DNA of 64,000 bases from Trichinella spiralis (taxonomy: Eukaryota): positions 11,460,007 through 11,524,006 of the forward strand of contig NW_003526943.1 in the NCBI RefSeq assembly GCF_000181795.1, read 5' to 3'. Below are positions 22,701 through 36,345 of the stretch, one piece after another (positions within the stretch are counted from its first letter, which is position 1; each line of letters starts with the position of its first letter). A program made the translations under genes and the position numbers. The notes below the pieces were generated by a model. The model saw nothing but the letters and a program-made list of their open reading frames with translations, was not told where the DNA came from and ran no database searches.

Positions 22701-25700
22701 TATTATGCATCTTGTGTTTCACATTTATTCTGCATGCATATTAATATTGGTGATTTGGTGATGGATAAAACTGAGCCTCGTATCGATGGTCAAATATATA
22801 CTTTAGAATGCTTTGTTAAGTTTGAATAAATAAAGTGTAACATTATTAAAACTTCCATTTTTTTCTTAAATGACAAAGTATAAAATGAAAAATATAGAGG
22901 AATTTTATAAGATTCATCTACAACAAAATGAAATGTTAAGCGTAAATTTGAATAAAAATTCTAGATTATTGCATTTTATTAAAATGTCTATTATATACAA
23001 GAGAACTTTAAAATTTCACAATTAAATTTATGCACTGAAATATTTATTTGTTATGCTTTATGATAAGAATTTCTAATTACAACTTGATTGTTGTAAATGA
23101 TAAATTATTTATTTTATTATTTGAAAAATTTCATTATGTAATACAAATTAAATGAATAATGAGAAAAAAAGAGAATGTAGAAGAATCATTTACTCATAGT
23201 AATTATTATTAATGAATACAATTTGGAGATTACCTTGAATATTGAAGAAGTTTGTTCAAAGCGGAATGCTTAAAATTGAAACTATTACAAACAATAAAAA
23301 AAATACTACTTAAAATGAGAAGAAGAGAAATAATGAGAGCGAGGGAGAGGGAGGGAGTGTAGAAAAGTAATTAAAGCCAATAAAATATCGATACGGTGGG
23401 TGAAACATTTTTTCATGCAACAGCAGTAGCAATGGTGAGGATACTAGCAGAAGAATAGCTTTTTACTACAACGTAAGTTAATAAAATCCCAGGAGAATTT
23501 TCAAATGTCTAGCACTGAGCTGAGCAAAGTCGAGCTGGATGCAGCTTGGTGAGTCAGTGAAAAGCTGTGCACAAATTGTTTATCATTAACTAGCGCAACA
23601 AATCAATATCAAACTGGTATGCAAGATTGACTTACAGTTCAAATAATTGTAAGATAATCACAGAAATTATATACATCAGTCTGCCGCTGTGCGACAGTGG
23701 ACAATTTCAAAACTGCAATTTGACATCACCGTCAAAACTGAAACTGCAATAAAAATTTGTATCGACATTTTAATATATGTCATTAAATTTAAAAATTATA
23801 CATTTATTTTTCAGTTTTTACAATGCCATTAATTAAATCATAAAGAAAATGTTGAAATATGCATTTGGTCTAAATAAAAACGCTTCTTCTTTTGCTATTA
23901 TAAAATTTCACATGTCTAAAAACTGCATTTCAAAAGTTTATTTCATATTTCAGAAGGTTGACAGTAAAAATATATATTTTTACCTTGAAAGATTAAAAGA
24001 TTTGGTTTTTCTAATTTTACATTTTCAGAATTATAATATTGATATTAATATTGTGAAGTCTTGCACAATGGTAATTTGCTAGTTCTAGCATTTTCATTTT
24101 CTCTTATATTAATTAATCAACATCAATGGTGTCGTAAAAATTAACGAAAAAATTTATTGTATTTAATTTAAACTAAAACATTTCATATTCATTTCAAATA
24201 ATGCATTCAGTATTGTTTCGCTGGCAATAAGAAACTCCTGATTTTTTTGCGTCGTGACTAAAATAAATGGAATCAACTAAGTATTAAAATAACAATAAAG
24301 TCAAGAATCAATCATTATTATTAACTGTTACAAAAATAATGATAATAATAATAAAGAAGATACAAAGCCTGTATTGCATAAATAGTTGCATTAAATTTCA
24401 ATTACTTTTCTCAAAGCCTATTGAAAAATATCTTTAAATAAATAAGTCAGTATTTAATTTTAATGTGAAAAATAAGAAGAAAAGCATATTAATGTCATCA
24501 ATACCTTTTATTACATAGCACAAATTTTAATCAAAGAAGAATATGATGATTAGGTGATTTGCAATTTTTTAATGAACGGCATTCATTAATTGAAAATAGA
24601 CCTTTTATTTCTTGGTAAAATGAAAAGCTAAAAATGAATTCAATTTAATAAAATGAAGAGCTGATAAAAAATAATAATGAGAGCAGAAAATGAGGTTAAT
24701 TAAATTGATACGCTATCACTAAAACCCCATTTATAGATGGTACAAAAAATAATTATTGACAGTAATTTCTTTATTTGAAATAAATCATTAAACCAATGAT
24801 AATGACGTTGTCAAGTTCATAACTGACATTTTAATGCACAATCATTTTAATTACACTGTAAACAGGAAATGATCAAATTTATAATATAATAATGGAGATT
24901 TCATTCAATTTAACTTTACTTTTTGAACAAAAATAGAGATATATATGCATTTATATTATATATATATATATAATATTGGAAATGCTGTAATACCTGTGTT
25001 CTCTTTTTCCATAGCATATAATCAAAGATTAAAGTACAACCATTTTCACCTATGTTATATGCAATGTAATAGACAAAGTCATTTGAAAAGCAATTCAGCT
25101 AATCAATGTGTCATTATACGAGAATTTGCTTTGCGCCTAACGCTCAGTTGGGGCAAACAAACTGCACGTATATCTCTCTTTCATACTTTCTCTGGAAATT
25201 TCTTCTTTTATTCATCACAGCCATCATTATCATCATAAAATATTAGCCGGTAATTTGCAAAAAAACTTTTTTAACACAGTAACAATCTGAATGAATATAA
25301 AAGTCTAAAATTTATTATACTAACTGATTTTCTTTTATGAGCTCAAGGCATAAAACTTCTAGTAATTATTAATAATAATAAAAGTCTTCTTTTTTAAAAC
25401 AGTCAATTGTATTTTATAAATTTTAAATATTTAAATAAATGTCTATAATTTTAATGTAAAGTTGTAAAGAAAATGGATAATTATCTATATGAATATAATT
25501 GTGTGTAATAGGAATCTAGAAGAAATGGTAATTGTATATATCCCCTTCATTGATGGTAATTTGTTAATTTTAAATTTTAAATCTGAAAGTAAAAATTATA
25601 AATGAAAAAGAATTGGTTATGTTATATAAGTGAAATTTGAAATATGCATTTTTACAATATGAGATAAAGGTGCGCATTGGAGTTTGTGAAATTTTTTATG

Positions 25701-28700
25701 CATCAGTCAAATCAAGCAGAGGAAAAAATTTTTCCACAAATTGCACATTCAGCAAAATCCTCGTGCAATTAAATTTGAAGAGGACACAAGTTTTTCTGCA
25801 AAAGTAAGTCGTTTCGTCCAATTTTTAACAATTCATAAAAGCTTAAGCATTTGTTTTTTTTCATATTTAATAATTACAAGATTATGAATTGGAATTTTCA
25901 TTTTAATTTCATCACACAATAGATAATTTATTTGAAATGAAATATATTTCCAACGGGTCCAATTAATTATTATTTTTTCTTTTAAAATATTTTTAAAAAG
26001 CATCGTTTTTTGAAATGAAAGATTTTCACTTTTGCTCATTTAATTTCATTATCTTCAACTTAGTCATTTGTCGATGAAAATTCAATTTAGCCAAAAAAAG
26101 AATTGCATAATGACACAGCTTCATCTTATGAATACTCTTGTTGCTTTCAACTTGCTGAAATCGAATAAAAGCTATTTATTGAATTCAAGTAAATTTCAGT
26201 AAATACAATTTGTATTAAGTATTTTTTTCTAAAAAGATATTTAAGTGATTATGTAATAAGCATTTATTTGAAAATAATCAAAAAATTTTCTCTGACCTGC
26301 AACTCAACTCTAAGGAGCAAGATGTAGGAGAAAAATTGGTTCTGCGAAATTTTTTTCTGACAGCTGAAATAAAATTCGAGCAAGGAACAAAGTCAGCAGC
26401 GGAGGTGCGAAGTGCTTAACTTGACGCGTTGAAGCGAACTGAATAATTTCCACTGCTCAGATCAGAGAAAGGGAGGGGTAGAGAGATTTTCGATAAATCA
26501 GATCCGCCCACAGCAAAGCTGTTGGTACTGTTGACGTGACGTGCTATTATTAATTTGCTCTTTCGAAGCTTTTTTTTTATTTTCTTTATGCTTATAGATA
26601 TATAGATATATAGGTACATGTGCGCATTCACTTCAAAAGTGCAATTCTGCACGTCAAACGTTACTTTATCCATTATCCAATTAAATTTTGCAATGAAATT
26701 TGATCATTCACTGCTGCTTTATAGCTGCAATAGAGCTTTTAAGTCAGTTGAGCTTTTCGTTAGCTCAAAGAAAACGATGAAAACAACATTGCACAGCATC
26801 GATTCAAACATTTAATCAATACAGTGATTTCAGGATAAAATTCTCTCAAAGCTCATCAAATAACTAAATTACACACATCATCTGTGTAGAAGAATATTGT
26901 TTTAAAAGAAATTAAACAAATAATAGACTGATCAACCAATTTTAAATTTTGGAAATTGACTTCAAATTCTTTTTTCTTTAATTTTGTATTATCAAAAAAT
27001 ATTTCAATTAGATAAACATATTTTGCATATATTTTAATGCAGTTTGAAAATTATGAATAAATCACCACTATTTGACATGATAATTTGCTACCATAAAAGA
27101 GCACCTGTTGCTTCATGAATTTTAATCTACAATTCAATCATGAAATTAATCAAAAAAGAAGAATACTTAATTAATAAAAGAATAAATACTAAATATTAAT
27201 AATTGTTAATGTTAAGATGATGCGACGTTTTCAAATTTGAATAAAACAAAAGAGAAAACTTAAATCTTGATTTAGTAGAAGATTGAAAAGCATTGAAGGA
27301 TATGTCAATGCTGATTGTGACATTTTTGATAAATTTCAATCAAGTGAGAAAATATTTTCATTTTTATTTGCCTCATTAAATGAGCAGATAAAATGGAATA
27401 AGTACCCTGATGAATGTCCGTTGTAAAAATTGAATTATCAAAAAGGCAATTAATTATAAACAATAACAGTGAAATTGAGAAAAGATTAAAAATTAATCAA
27501 AAAATATGTTACCAGTTGCAAATTGCAAACTGTAAAAGCACATCTGACAAGGCATGAACAAAGTAAGCAGGCAAATAAAAATTTCATTGAGAAACGTTGG
27601 CAAAGTTTAAATTCTGTTAATTAAAATGTGCAGCAATTTGCGAGCTCATCGTTTTAGGCTGGGTGTAAAGTAAGAAGCTTCCAATTAAAATTGCGGCTGA
27701 ATTTGTTAAATAACAGAAAATCGATCATTTGTACAAACAATGAACTGCTTGGATCTGATTAAAGCGAATCTACCGAGCATCTTTTCCCATTGCATTGCCA
27801 ATAGCACTAAATTGGACATCAATGTGGAAAATCGATTTTTTAAATTTAATTTATTTTTTATTTTTTTCTTCAGCTTAAGCATTAACTTCTTTACCAAAAA
27901 ATTACAATGTCAATACTGAATACACAATACAAATAAAAGTCTTTGCTTGTTCGCTGAATAAAGCTCACTGAATGAATGAACGTTGAATGAAAGAAATTAT
28001 TTCATTTTTTTCACCACTTTCATTATTGCACGAGATTTTCAAATATAACTTTCACGAATTGTTGTATGGAATATTTCTTATATTATTTATTTATGAAATG
28101 ATGGAAATAATGGAGCATTTTTGAAATTTCACTTCCAGGCTCATGCTATCAGCTGAAACTTCAATTTTCCATTCTTATGGAAAATGTAAAAAAAATATCC
28201 TTTTAAATTTTAGCGTGGTTTTTTAATTTAAACCAAAATTTTAACTTTCCCATTTTTTCATTTCTAAAGTTTGATTTAACTTCATTTCCAATTATGTCAA
28301 TTGCAATTTCAGTTAATGAATTTTGAAATGCTTCTTACGCTTTTTTCTTTTCTGAATAAATAATATTTTTATTTCAAACAAACCAAATACTATATTTTAT
28401 TAAACTTAAAATAATATGTTTGAAATGTTATAAAAACAAAGAAAGAAATCGTATGATAAAAATAAGCAAATTATTCACCATAATGATTATTTTATTCATA
28501 TGAAATGTAATATCTGAAACTGTCAACATTGAAATAGTTTTCTTTTAATAATTATTTTAATTGTCATTATTATTATTGTTTTTAAAAGCTTTAATGGAAT
28601 CGATCTTTATTTATTATTTCCTGAATTGTCATATAACTAAACTAAAATATAACTTTTACATGAAATATAGTTTTCAATTATGGCTGTCTTAGTTTTAAAT

Positions 28701-29527
28701 GTAGCGTGTATCTTATAAGCGTTGCTTGGCAAAAATGCCTTTTCAATTTTAAATGAAAATCCTAACAATTAATCTGTTATCTTCCATTTCTTGAAATACA
28801 CTTTCAAATGCATTACATTTCTTGATAATGCATTAAAATATTTTTGACATTTCTCTAATACTGTCAGTAAACGATTCGTATTTGAGTGTAATATTTCTAT
28901 AAATTTATCATAAATAGTATTCGTGAAATAACAGCATTCATTATTTATATGGTTGATTTCAAAAACGTGCATAGCAAGTTACTTATTAAATATGAAATGG
29001 CTTAATTCTTGAGATGACTCCTTTTTTTAATTTTTATTAAAATTTTCAATAAAAATTCATTTTAAAACAATAATAATGACTTTAAATTCTAAAGCTGAAT
29101 TTCAAATACTTTTTAATGAAATGTTCAGAAAAAAGTGTTTCACTTTTTGAATAATCAAATTTTATTTTACGTCTTTATCTATTCATGCAAATTATCACAT
29201 TGCTGAGATTTCAGCTGTTGAGAGTGTTGCTTGAGCAAGCTTTTGTTTTCAATTGATCTTTTCCCTTCATCACTGTTTTGTATACATTTGCATAAACTCA
29301 GAAACTAAATTTTCATAATGTTGATTAATACACAAATCTTCAAAAAGCATTTATATTCAAAGCAAATGAGATATTTTTTATAAAACAGAAAATAATTTAA
29401 AACCTTTTTCATTACCATGACTTGATGTTTATCATTTTAAAATTTAACTAAATAAAATTCCCAGTAAAAGTGTTCAGTAAATTAACTAACTGTATTACAA
29501 TTACTACTCACTATAACCGATTCGGTA

Positions 29528-29530
<3 letters not shown>

Positions 29531-29613
<83 letters not shown>

Positions 29614-29648
29614 GTCATCATTATTATTATTATCATTATTATTATTAT
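29531..29648. repeat. (ATT)n microsatellite, about 39 units with a few interruptions
   Basis: Directly visible; it produces the poly-Ile ORF 29470-29679. Confidence 0.98.
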
Positions 29649-32371
29649 CGCAATTATACATTTCTTTTTCACAAATTAAAGTGAATTAAATTAAAATAGC
29701 AAAGTCACAAATAAATGATGAAATTAAAATTCACATTTGATTTCTTTGATAATCAGAATAAAAAGTATAGCCAATAAATTGTTTTCATAGTTTAAAGTAA
29801 GCAGTAAATAAATAAGTTCTATTGCAACGCTAACAAATAATTTGATGCCGAAATATTATGGCATGCAATTTTTATTTTTAAACCAATAAAAACATCAGCT
29901 ATGCAATGAGTTGCAAATTTTCATTCTATTCTTAACTGCCTTCAATTTTATTTATTAAACAACAGCTATTAGCATACAAAAATATGAAATTTCATGTCTT
30001 TTATTAATTTTTTGCAGCTCTGATTCTTTTAATTTGCCTTTAAATTTTATTCTTTCCATTTAGATATTTGCACTCTCTTTTCATCAAATCAAAATTTTAT
30101 ATTTTGAATAAAATGTACTTTCATAAAACATAAAAATATGACTCACAAAAATTAGATTTTATTTTTATAATTTGAAACTAAAATTAAAACAGTGAATTCA
30201 ACATAAAAACTAATCCATACAAAATTGCCAAGTAACCATATTACACTGGCAATAATTAAAAATGTGAAAAGCAGTCCTAATTATAAACTGAGTAAACATG
30301 AACAATCACATCAGCGTCTTATAATATGGCAAGGAAAATAATTCCTCATTTATTTCAGTTTAATTTACTTTTTACGGAATACCATTTTCTATTAAATATG
30401 TAAATATCTAGATTCAGCAAATAAAGTTCTTTTTAAAAATCTTACTTTTGTTAAAAGCGTGTTCATTTTCTTGCTATATCTAAAGCTGCTTATAATTACA
30501 TCTAGCTGCAATATAGAATACATAAAAGTTTAAGACTAGAAAAGTTTCCAAGAAAGTTGTATTGCCTCATAAAATTGTGCAAAGTACATTGCAATCGAAT
30601 AGCATATATATAAGTATGCGTGATCTTAATATTATGAATAAAATAAATTTTCATATTTTTGCAACTTTTATCGAATATTATTAATATACAAAAAGTGTAA
30701 TATATTCATGTTCATTTGCATATTCGTATTAGACAATGATAGATAAATATTTACAAACAATTTGCCTTTCACAATTTCGATTTCCTTATGAAATGAACAC
30801 GAAAATTGAAATGCTAGAATGAAATGTAATGATAAGATTCAAAAGAATATCATGCATGGCCAAATTCAAGCAAATGGATTAATCGACAATTGCTAAATAT
30901 GGAACATTAAATTCAAAAATATTCTCAATTTCAAATGTACTCTTCAAACCAATAACAAGAGCTTTTTTTGGAATGATGCATCGCCGTTCCGCTATGTAAG
31001 AAATACATATATATACAAGTAAATTATCTATCTACTTCTGACATGAATGTTAAAATTTTTGAAAATTGCACAATGTTGAATTTTGAATAGAACAAAATTT
31101 TTAATTTAATAAATTATAGTGAATTTAAAAATATTCATAATATACAAAGAGCAACAGGAAAATAAATTAATTTCTCCAGGCTGTTAATGATATAAAGACG
31201 GCATTGGTGCAATTTTGAAAAGAAAGCGATCGTTTCACTCTTTTCATATGTCAATTTTCTTTCTCTTACAAACCCATTAGCATATTGTGCAAGTGCTTTT
31301 CTGAAATTTCAACCATCGTTGTACGCAGCTGAAAACTCTACTGCCGCTTGAACAGAACTTCAATTAAGCATTCAATTTCAAAATTATACCATGATCATGC
31401 ATATTGGCAATTTGGTGAAAAAATCACGAACTTTTCCGCTAATTACAATCGAACCGACACACACACACACACGCAGACGACAGAAACAGCCTATTCACAT
31501 GATTCTTCTCAATCTGTGATGCAGACCGCTCCAAGCGACAATAATAATATTCTCTCAATCAGAATAAATATCCGCTTCCTTGTTCATTTCATGCGACCGC
31601 AATTTAGCCAACAGTAAAAATCTTCTTCTTCCAACTGTATTCAATAAAGGACTTTAACCAAATGCATCATTTGTTGTAATAAAAAATCACATATACACAT
31701 GCATACAATTATATATATAATTTTCTTCGGTATGCAAATTTTTAACAAAAATAATCGCATCGTTCTTTTTTTACTTATTTTTGTTTTGCATAATTTAATT
31801 TTAAGCACGTAGTAGAATTTTTAAAGCATTGCCCATTGCGACACTTTTAAATTTGCTACCGTAGGTAGTAGGCTTATACTGTACTGTATGGTAAATCGTG
31901 GAATCTGCTGTTTACTGTTGTTGTGAATTATTGATCAACCGACAAAGCAGCACTGTTCGCGATGAATAGTTGAAAAAAACACAATAAAGTATGTAAAATA
32001 TTTTTTCATACGTAGATTACAAGTGCAAACTGCGCGCAATTTTATCCAGAATTATTTTTTTTGTTGTTGTTTAATGGACGCGCTTTTAATTCAAGCACTA
32101 ATGCATTAAGCAAGAATTGAACGTGTTCAACGATTCGGCTTTTGAGATATGCCGCCCGGAACATAGGCAAAAAAAGTGCAAAGATTTATTGGATGTTTCT
32201 TTTGCTCACTTTGCGAGAGGCTGATTTGAATGTTCAACCTGATCAGCTTTGTTGCTTGATGTTTGCAAATTTTTAGGATTAACCGGTGAAAAATTATTAA
32301 CTGAATTTGTAAAACAACAAAAATAACAAACAAACAAACACAAAACACTGAAGATACTTGAAGAAGACTCC

Positions 32372-32398
32372 ATTCATCCATCCATCCATCCATCCATC
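32372..32398. repeat. (CCAT)n tetranucleotide microsatellite
   Basis: cattcatccatccatccatccatccatc is visible; a shorter array of the same unit lies near 49810-49828. Confidence 0.9.
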
Positions 32399-34922
32399 AA
32401 TTCTGGCAACTGAACGTTCTTCATGCAATTCATAAGCTATGATGCTGCACATTTTTGGAAAGTATACACGCTTTTGAATTTTTAATGAATATATATATAT
32501 TTTTTTGTATTTTTAAAATTTTGAAACAACACTAAACCAAACTAAACTTAAATAAAGGAGGATGAAAAGAACGATTTTTTTCCTCAGTTTGTATATTAAG
32601 TTTTTTAATTTAAACAGTCTGAAAATAAATAAAATAATTCTTTCATATTTAAATCTGAAACTTGTCTTTTCAAATCGTCCTTTTTCACACATCATCGCAT
32701 CAAACGTCATTTCCAATTTTCCAAGTAACGTTGTCAATTAAATGAGATAAAATATTCAATGATCTCTACTTTAAGGATAATAAAACGAATAATAAACTCT
32801 GCTATTATTTTCTGTTGAACACTGACATTGGTCGTAAAGCTTCATTTTTTCAACTTAAGCTTCAGACTTTGATCATAAAATTCAGGCTTTGTATGTGTCA
32901 GTTTGTAGAAATCACAGCAGTTTGTCAAGGAAATTTATTAAAATGTGCGCTTCAAGTACATTTATTGATCCATTACTCTGCTTCAAACTCATTCATTTAA
33001 CCAGTGAAAATTAGAAGTTTACGCGTTCGAAGTGAAAATGGCGGCAATTTTAATATGAAACAATTAATACTGTACATTAATGGAAAATAAGTACATATCA
33101 TAATAATTTTGTCAAATTATTTGGATAAATAAATAAATAAAACTGAATAACACTCATAATAACAAATGGTTACGGTTATTTTTGCACATTAAATTTATCA
33201 GATAATTTTAAATTTTTTGAAAAGTGATTCCATATTGAATATGCCGAATAGTTGACTGTTCATTCTGCTTTATTGAATATTTATAAGTTTTATATTACAA
33301 TATCTCTTTCGCAAGTAAGTGTATTGTTCATTAGCAAACGATTATTACAAGATAATTGTAATTACACTATGTGGCATTCTGTATGTATTGTGCGATGGGA
33401 TAAATGTATATTCATAAGTTTGACAGACGATCGAATATTGACAGCCATTCTGCTCTACTCTATTGAAAACTGAATGCAAATATTGAATCAAAATTTATTA
33501 AATCTGTATAAAAGTAATAATCGTTGTGAATTTTTATGCCATTATTGATTGATTGATTTATCTGTTTATATAACTTGAAATAGTCGTTTTAATGAGCTCG
33601 TGAAAGCATAATTTTTTGAAAATATAGCTTTTCATTTCTGATCAATAACAACAACAACAACTTATTTCTTCTTATTAATTCAAAATTATTTTTTTCTGAA
33701 AATTTTTTTTTAATTTCATATTAAGATGAAAGAAAAAGCAATATTATTATTCTAAAATAATAAAACAGAAATGACAATGATTGACTTAAACGACCATGAA
33801 AAGCATAACAGTTAAAGTACTGATCAATAAGGGGAGAGAACAAAGGCGATCGCTGTTTATTATTCGGTAAAATTCGTTCATGTATGCAAACATTTGAGCG
33901 AGACGTTGGATTAATTTTGAATATTGATTTGGTAGCGAGCAATTTTTCAGGTGTGAAATGAAGTCAATCATTAATGCCATTTCTGCTTTCATTTGCCACA
34001 CAGAATCGTGGTCATTTGGCATTGCTTAATGAAAGTAGCCGCCATTTCGGCCAATTTGAGTCATTTCAACACGACGGGATTCTTCACATCACGAGCTCCT
34101 TGGCGACTGATATAAAATTCATCGACCATTCTTCTTATTCAGTTTGTCTGCTTGCTAGTTAGCTTTCGTTTAAAACCACTTCTTGGAAGTAAACTTAATG
34201 CTTCCTCGATCACAACTGGCTGACTCGGTTCAAAACTGGTGTTTATTTTTTTTTATTAATCATCTCTATCTTATGAGCAAGAACATTTCTCCATTCTAAA
34301 TTATTATTAATTATTATTATTATTTTTATTCCTGTTGTTGTTGTTGTTGTCGTTCTCAGCTGCTAATATAGCTGAAACGTCGAAAATTGAACATGTCATC
34401 AAAGGTGAAAAACAATCCCACAATTCACGATGGGTAAGAGAGGATGAAGTTTTTCTTTTTTAACAAGATCTCAACGTTATTTTTTTCAGCATTAAATATT
34501 GTCAAATTCAGTTTTATTGAATAATATCTGTTGTGAAAAATTTTAATCAATTTGCAATTTCGTGTTCATTTTTGAAGAAAAATGCCTAATTTTACAAATT
34601 GAAAAGAGGGGAATTATTATGAAAGAAAGAGGAATTATTATTATAGTATGTGTAAACTTTGTTGAAACAGTCGACTTCAGTTTGCATACTCACAAGCAAT
34701 AAATAACCTATAACTTCACATTTTAATTATCGTAATTTGGCTTCAATTTGTGATTTTATATTGTCCTTTGAGAGGTGCTTTGTTGCAGCAATAAAAATGA
34801 AAATTATTTTCTTTCCCTATTCTTTTATTGTTATTGGTGTTGTTGTTGGTGCACATTTATCCTTCTAGCTCAACTTTTTATACTGATGCTGTTTTGCATT
34901 GCTCTTATGTTTCTTGAACGAG

Positions 34923-35902
34923 ATGCGAACGTTTTTCAGAAAGGAAAGTCTGCGTGATTTGCAAAGCCGTTTGAAAACTCGAAAAGTACTCGGCGTTGGT
35001 GAAATACGCAACGAAGGAGATGTATATCGATCCAAGGTTGCCAATAATCAGATTTTCACATGCTATTTATATTTATTTCTCCAATGGTTCATCTTGCTTG
35101 TTCTGTGCTTCAGATTAGCCAAGTTCTCGGATACTGGATCCCGGCCCAGTCGCAGTTGCCAAGGGGATTGCAATTCTGCCACTACTTTACACTGTTCTAC
35201 TTGTTCAGTACTGGAATTTTGGTAATGAACCACATTCATTGCAGCAATATTGTACAAATTGGACAGAGATGATTTATTTGTATTGCAGTTGATCAAGCAT
35301 GCAATACTGGGATATTGCAGATCGAATACGGAATTTTGTTGTCAGAATGAAAATGTTGCAATAATTGCAATAGCATATTTCAGTAAGAGATAAAAGAAAT
35401 AATAATAATAAAGAATGTTAAATGAAATAATCTGTTGACAATAGTGATTGCAATACAGTATGGTGCGTTGGCTGTTTCTGAAGAAAGCTCAAGTGTGATC
35501 AACGGCCTGGTATCGTTTTGTCTGTTTGTGCTATTGCAAGCTTGCGGTAAGTGAGCTTGGAAGTTGCATGCTGTTTGATTTGTCGGCTATTTTTTTTTGA
35601 TTTGTTGTTAATTTTCAGTCGAAACCGCATATTGGAGGCCGTTCGCAGAACGGGGCATGCTCGAAAAATACAACATGCTTCTCAAGTATGCATCGTTCTT
35701 GTTGAATCTGGCCTACTACCAGTGCACAAAACCGAACAGCTGTATGCACGTACTGTACCGCGTGGTTCAACAAGCACAGCTCAGACTGCAAGAAGATACG
35801 GCATTCGGTGACAAAGACACTGAAAACAACAACCACGCCCAAGATGAACAAACAACAACAACGACAACCAATGAAAATGAAGCGGATAGAAAGAACGAAT
35901 GA
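34923..35902 (+). CDS. TP53I11: TP53I11 (PIG11)-like multi-pass membrane protein, 5 exons (34923-35036, 35114-35221, 35289-35382, 35445-35546, 35619-35902)
   Basis: The spliced start [39 protein letters not shown] matches the TP53I11 signature [33 protein letters not shown]. Four hydrophobic segments end in LAYYQ, and the exon phases are consistent. Confidence 0.9.
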
Positions 35903-36345
35903 ATAACTAACCAATTGACAATACCAACTTTCATTATACAATAGATAAATAAGTCAGTATGAAGAATGAACGTTATTAAAAATGGAAATATTTCTTCAGC
36001 TAATTTAAATAATAATTTTGTTTGTGTTCTCACTTAAAAGTTACCTACTGTTTTTTTCTTTTTTTTGATTTTCACAAATCTGTTCCTACCAATTATGTTC
36101 ATATTTTACGTGGGAATTTCAATGAAAAGTTTCAAATTTTCAAAAATCTTCAACTTCTTCTCTTCCACAGTTTTGGCTTTTCTGATTACTAATTGAATAG
36201 CTTTTTTTTTATAAAAAGAAATAAACAACGTTTTCGCTCAATAACATTTATTATATTGCTTTAACAAACATTATTATTTACCATGGTATTATTTATTTAT
36301 TTGTTTTCAAAATATAGTTTTGAAATGTTTTACGTATTTATTTAT

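Noticed and set aside
29470..29679. Poly-Ile ORF resembling a membrane peptide
   Set aside because: It is the translation of the (ATT)n microsatellite.
31856..31894. let-7-like AGGTAGTAGG inside a small hairpin
   Set aside because: It is preceded by T rather than G, so the GAGGTAG seed is absent; the 3' half does not match let-7 and the ~40 nt hairpin is too short for a pre-miRNA.
17000..33500. Many 60-100 aa ORFs in the ORF track
   Set aside because: AT-rich Phe/Ile/Lys/Asn-biased translations with no motifs or consistent exon chains.
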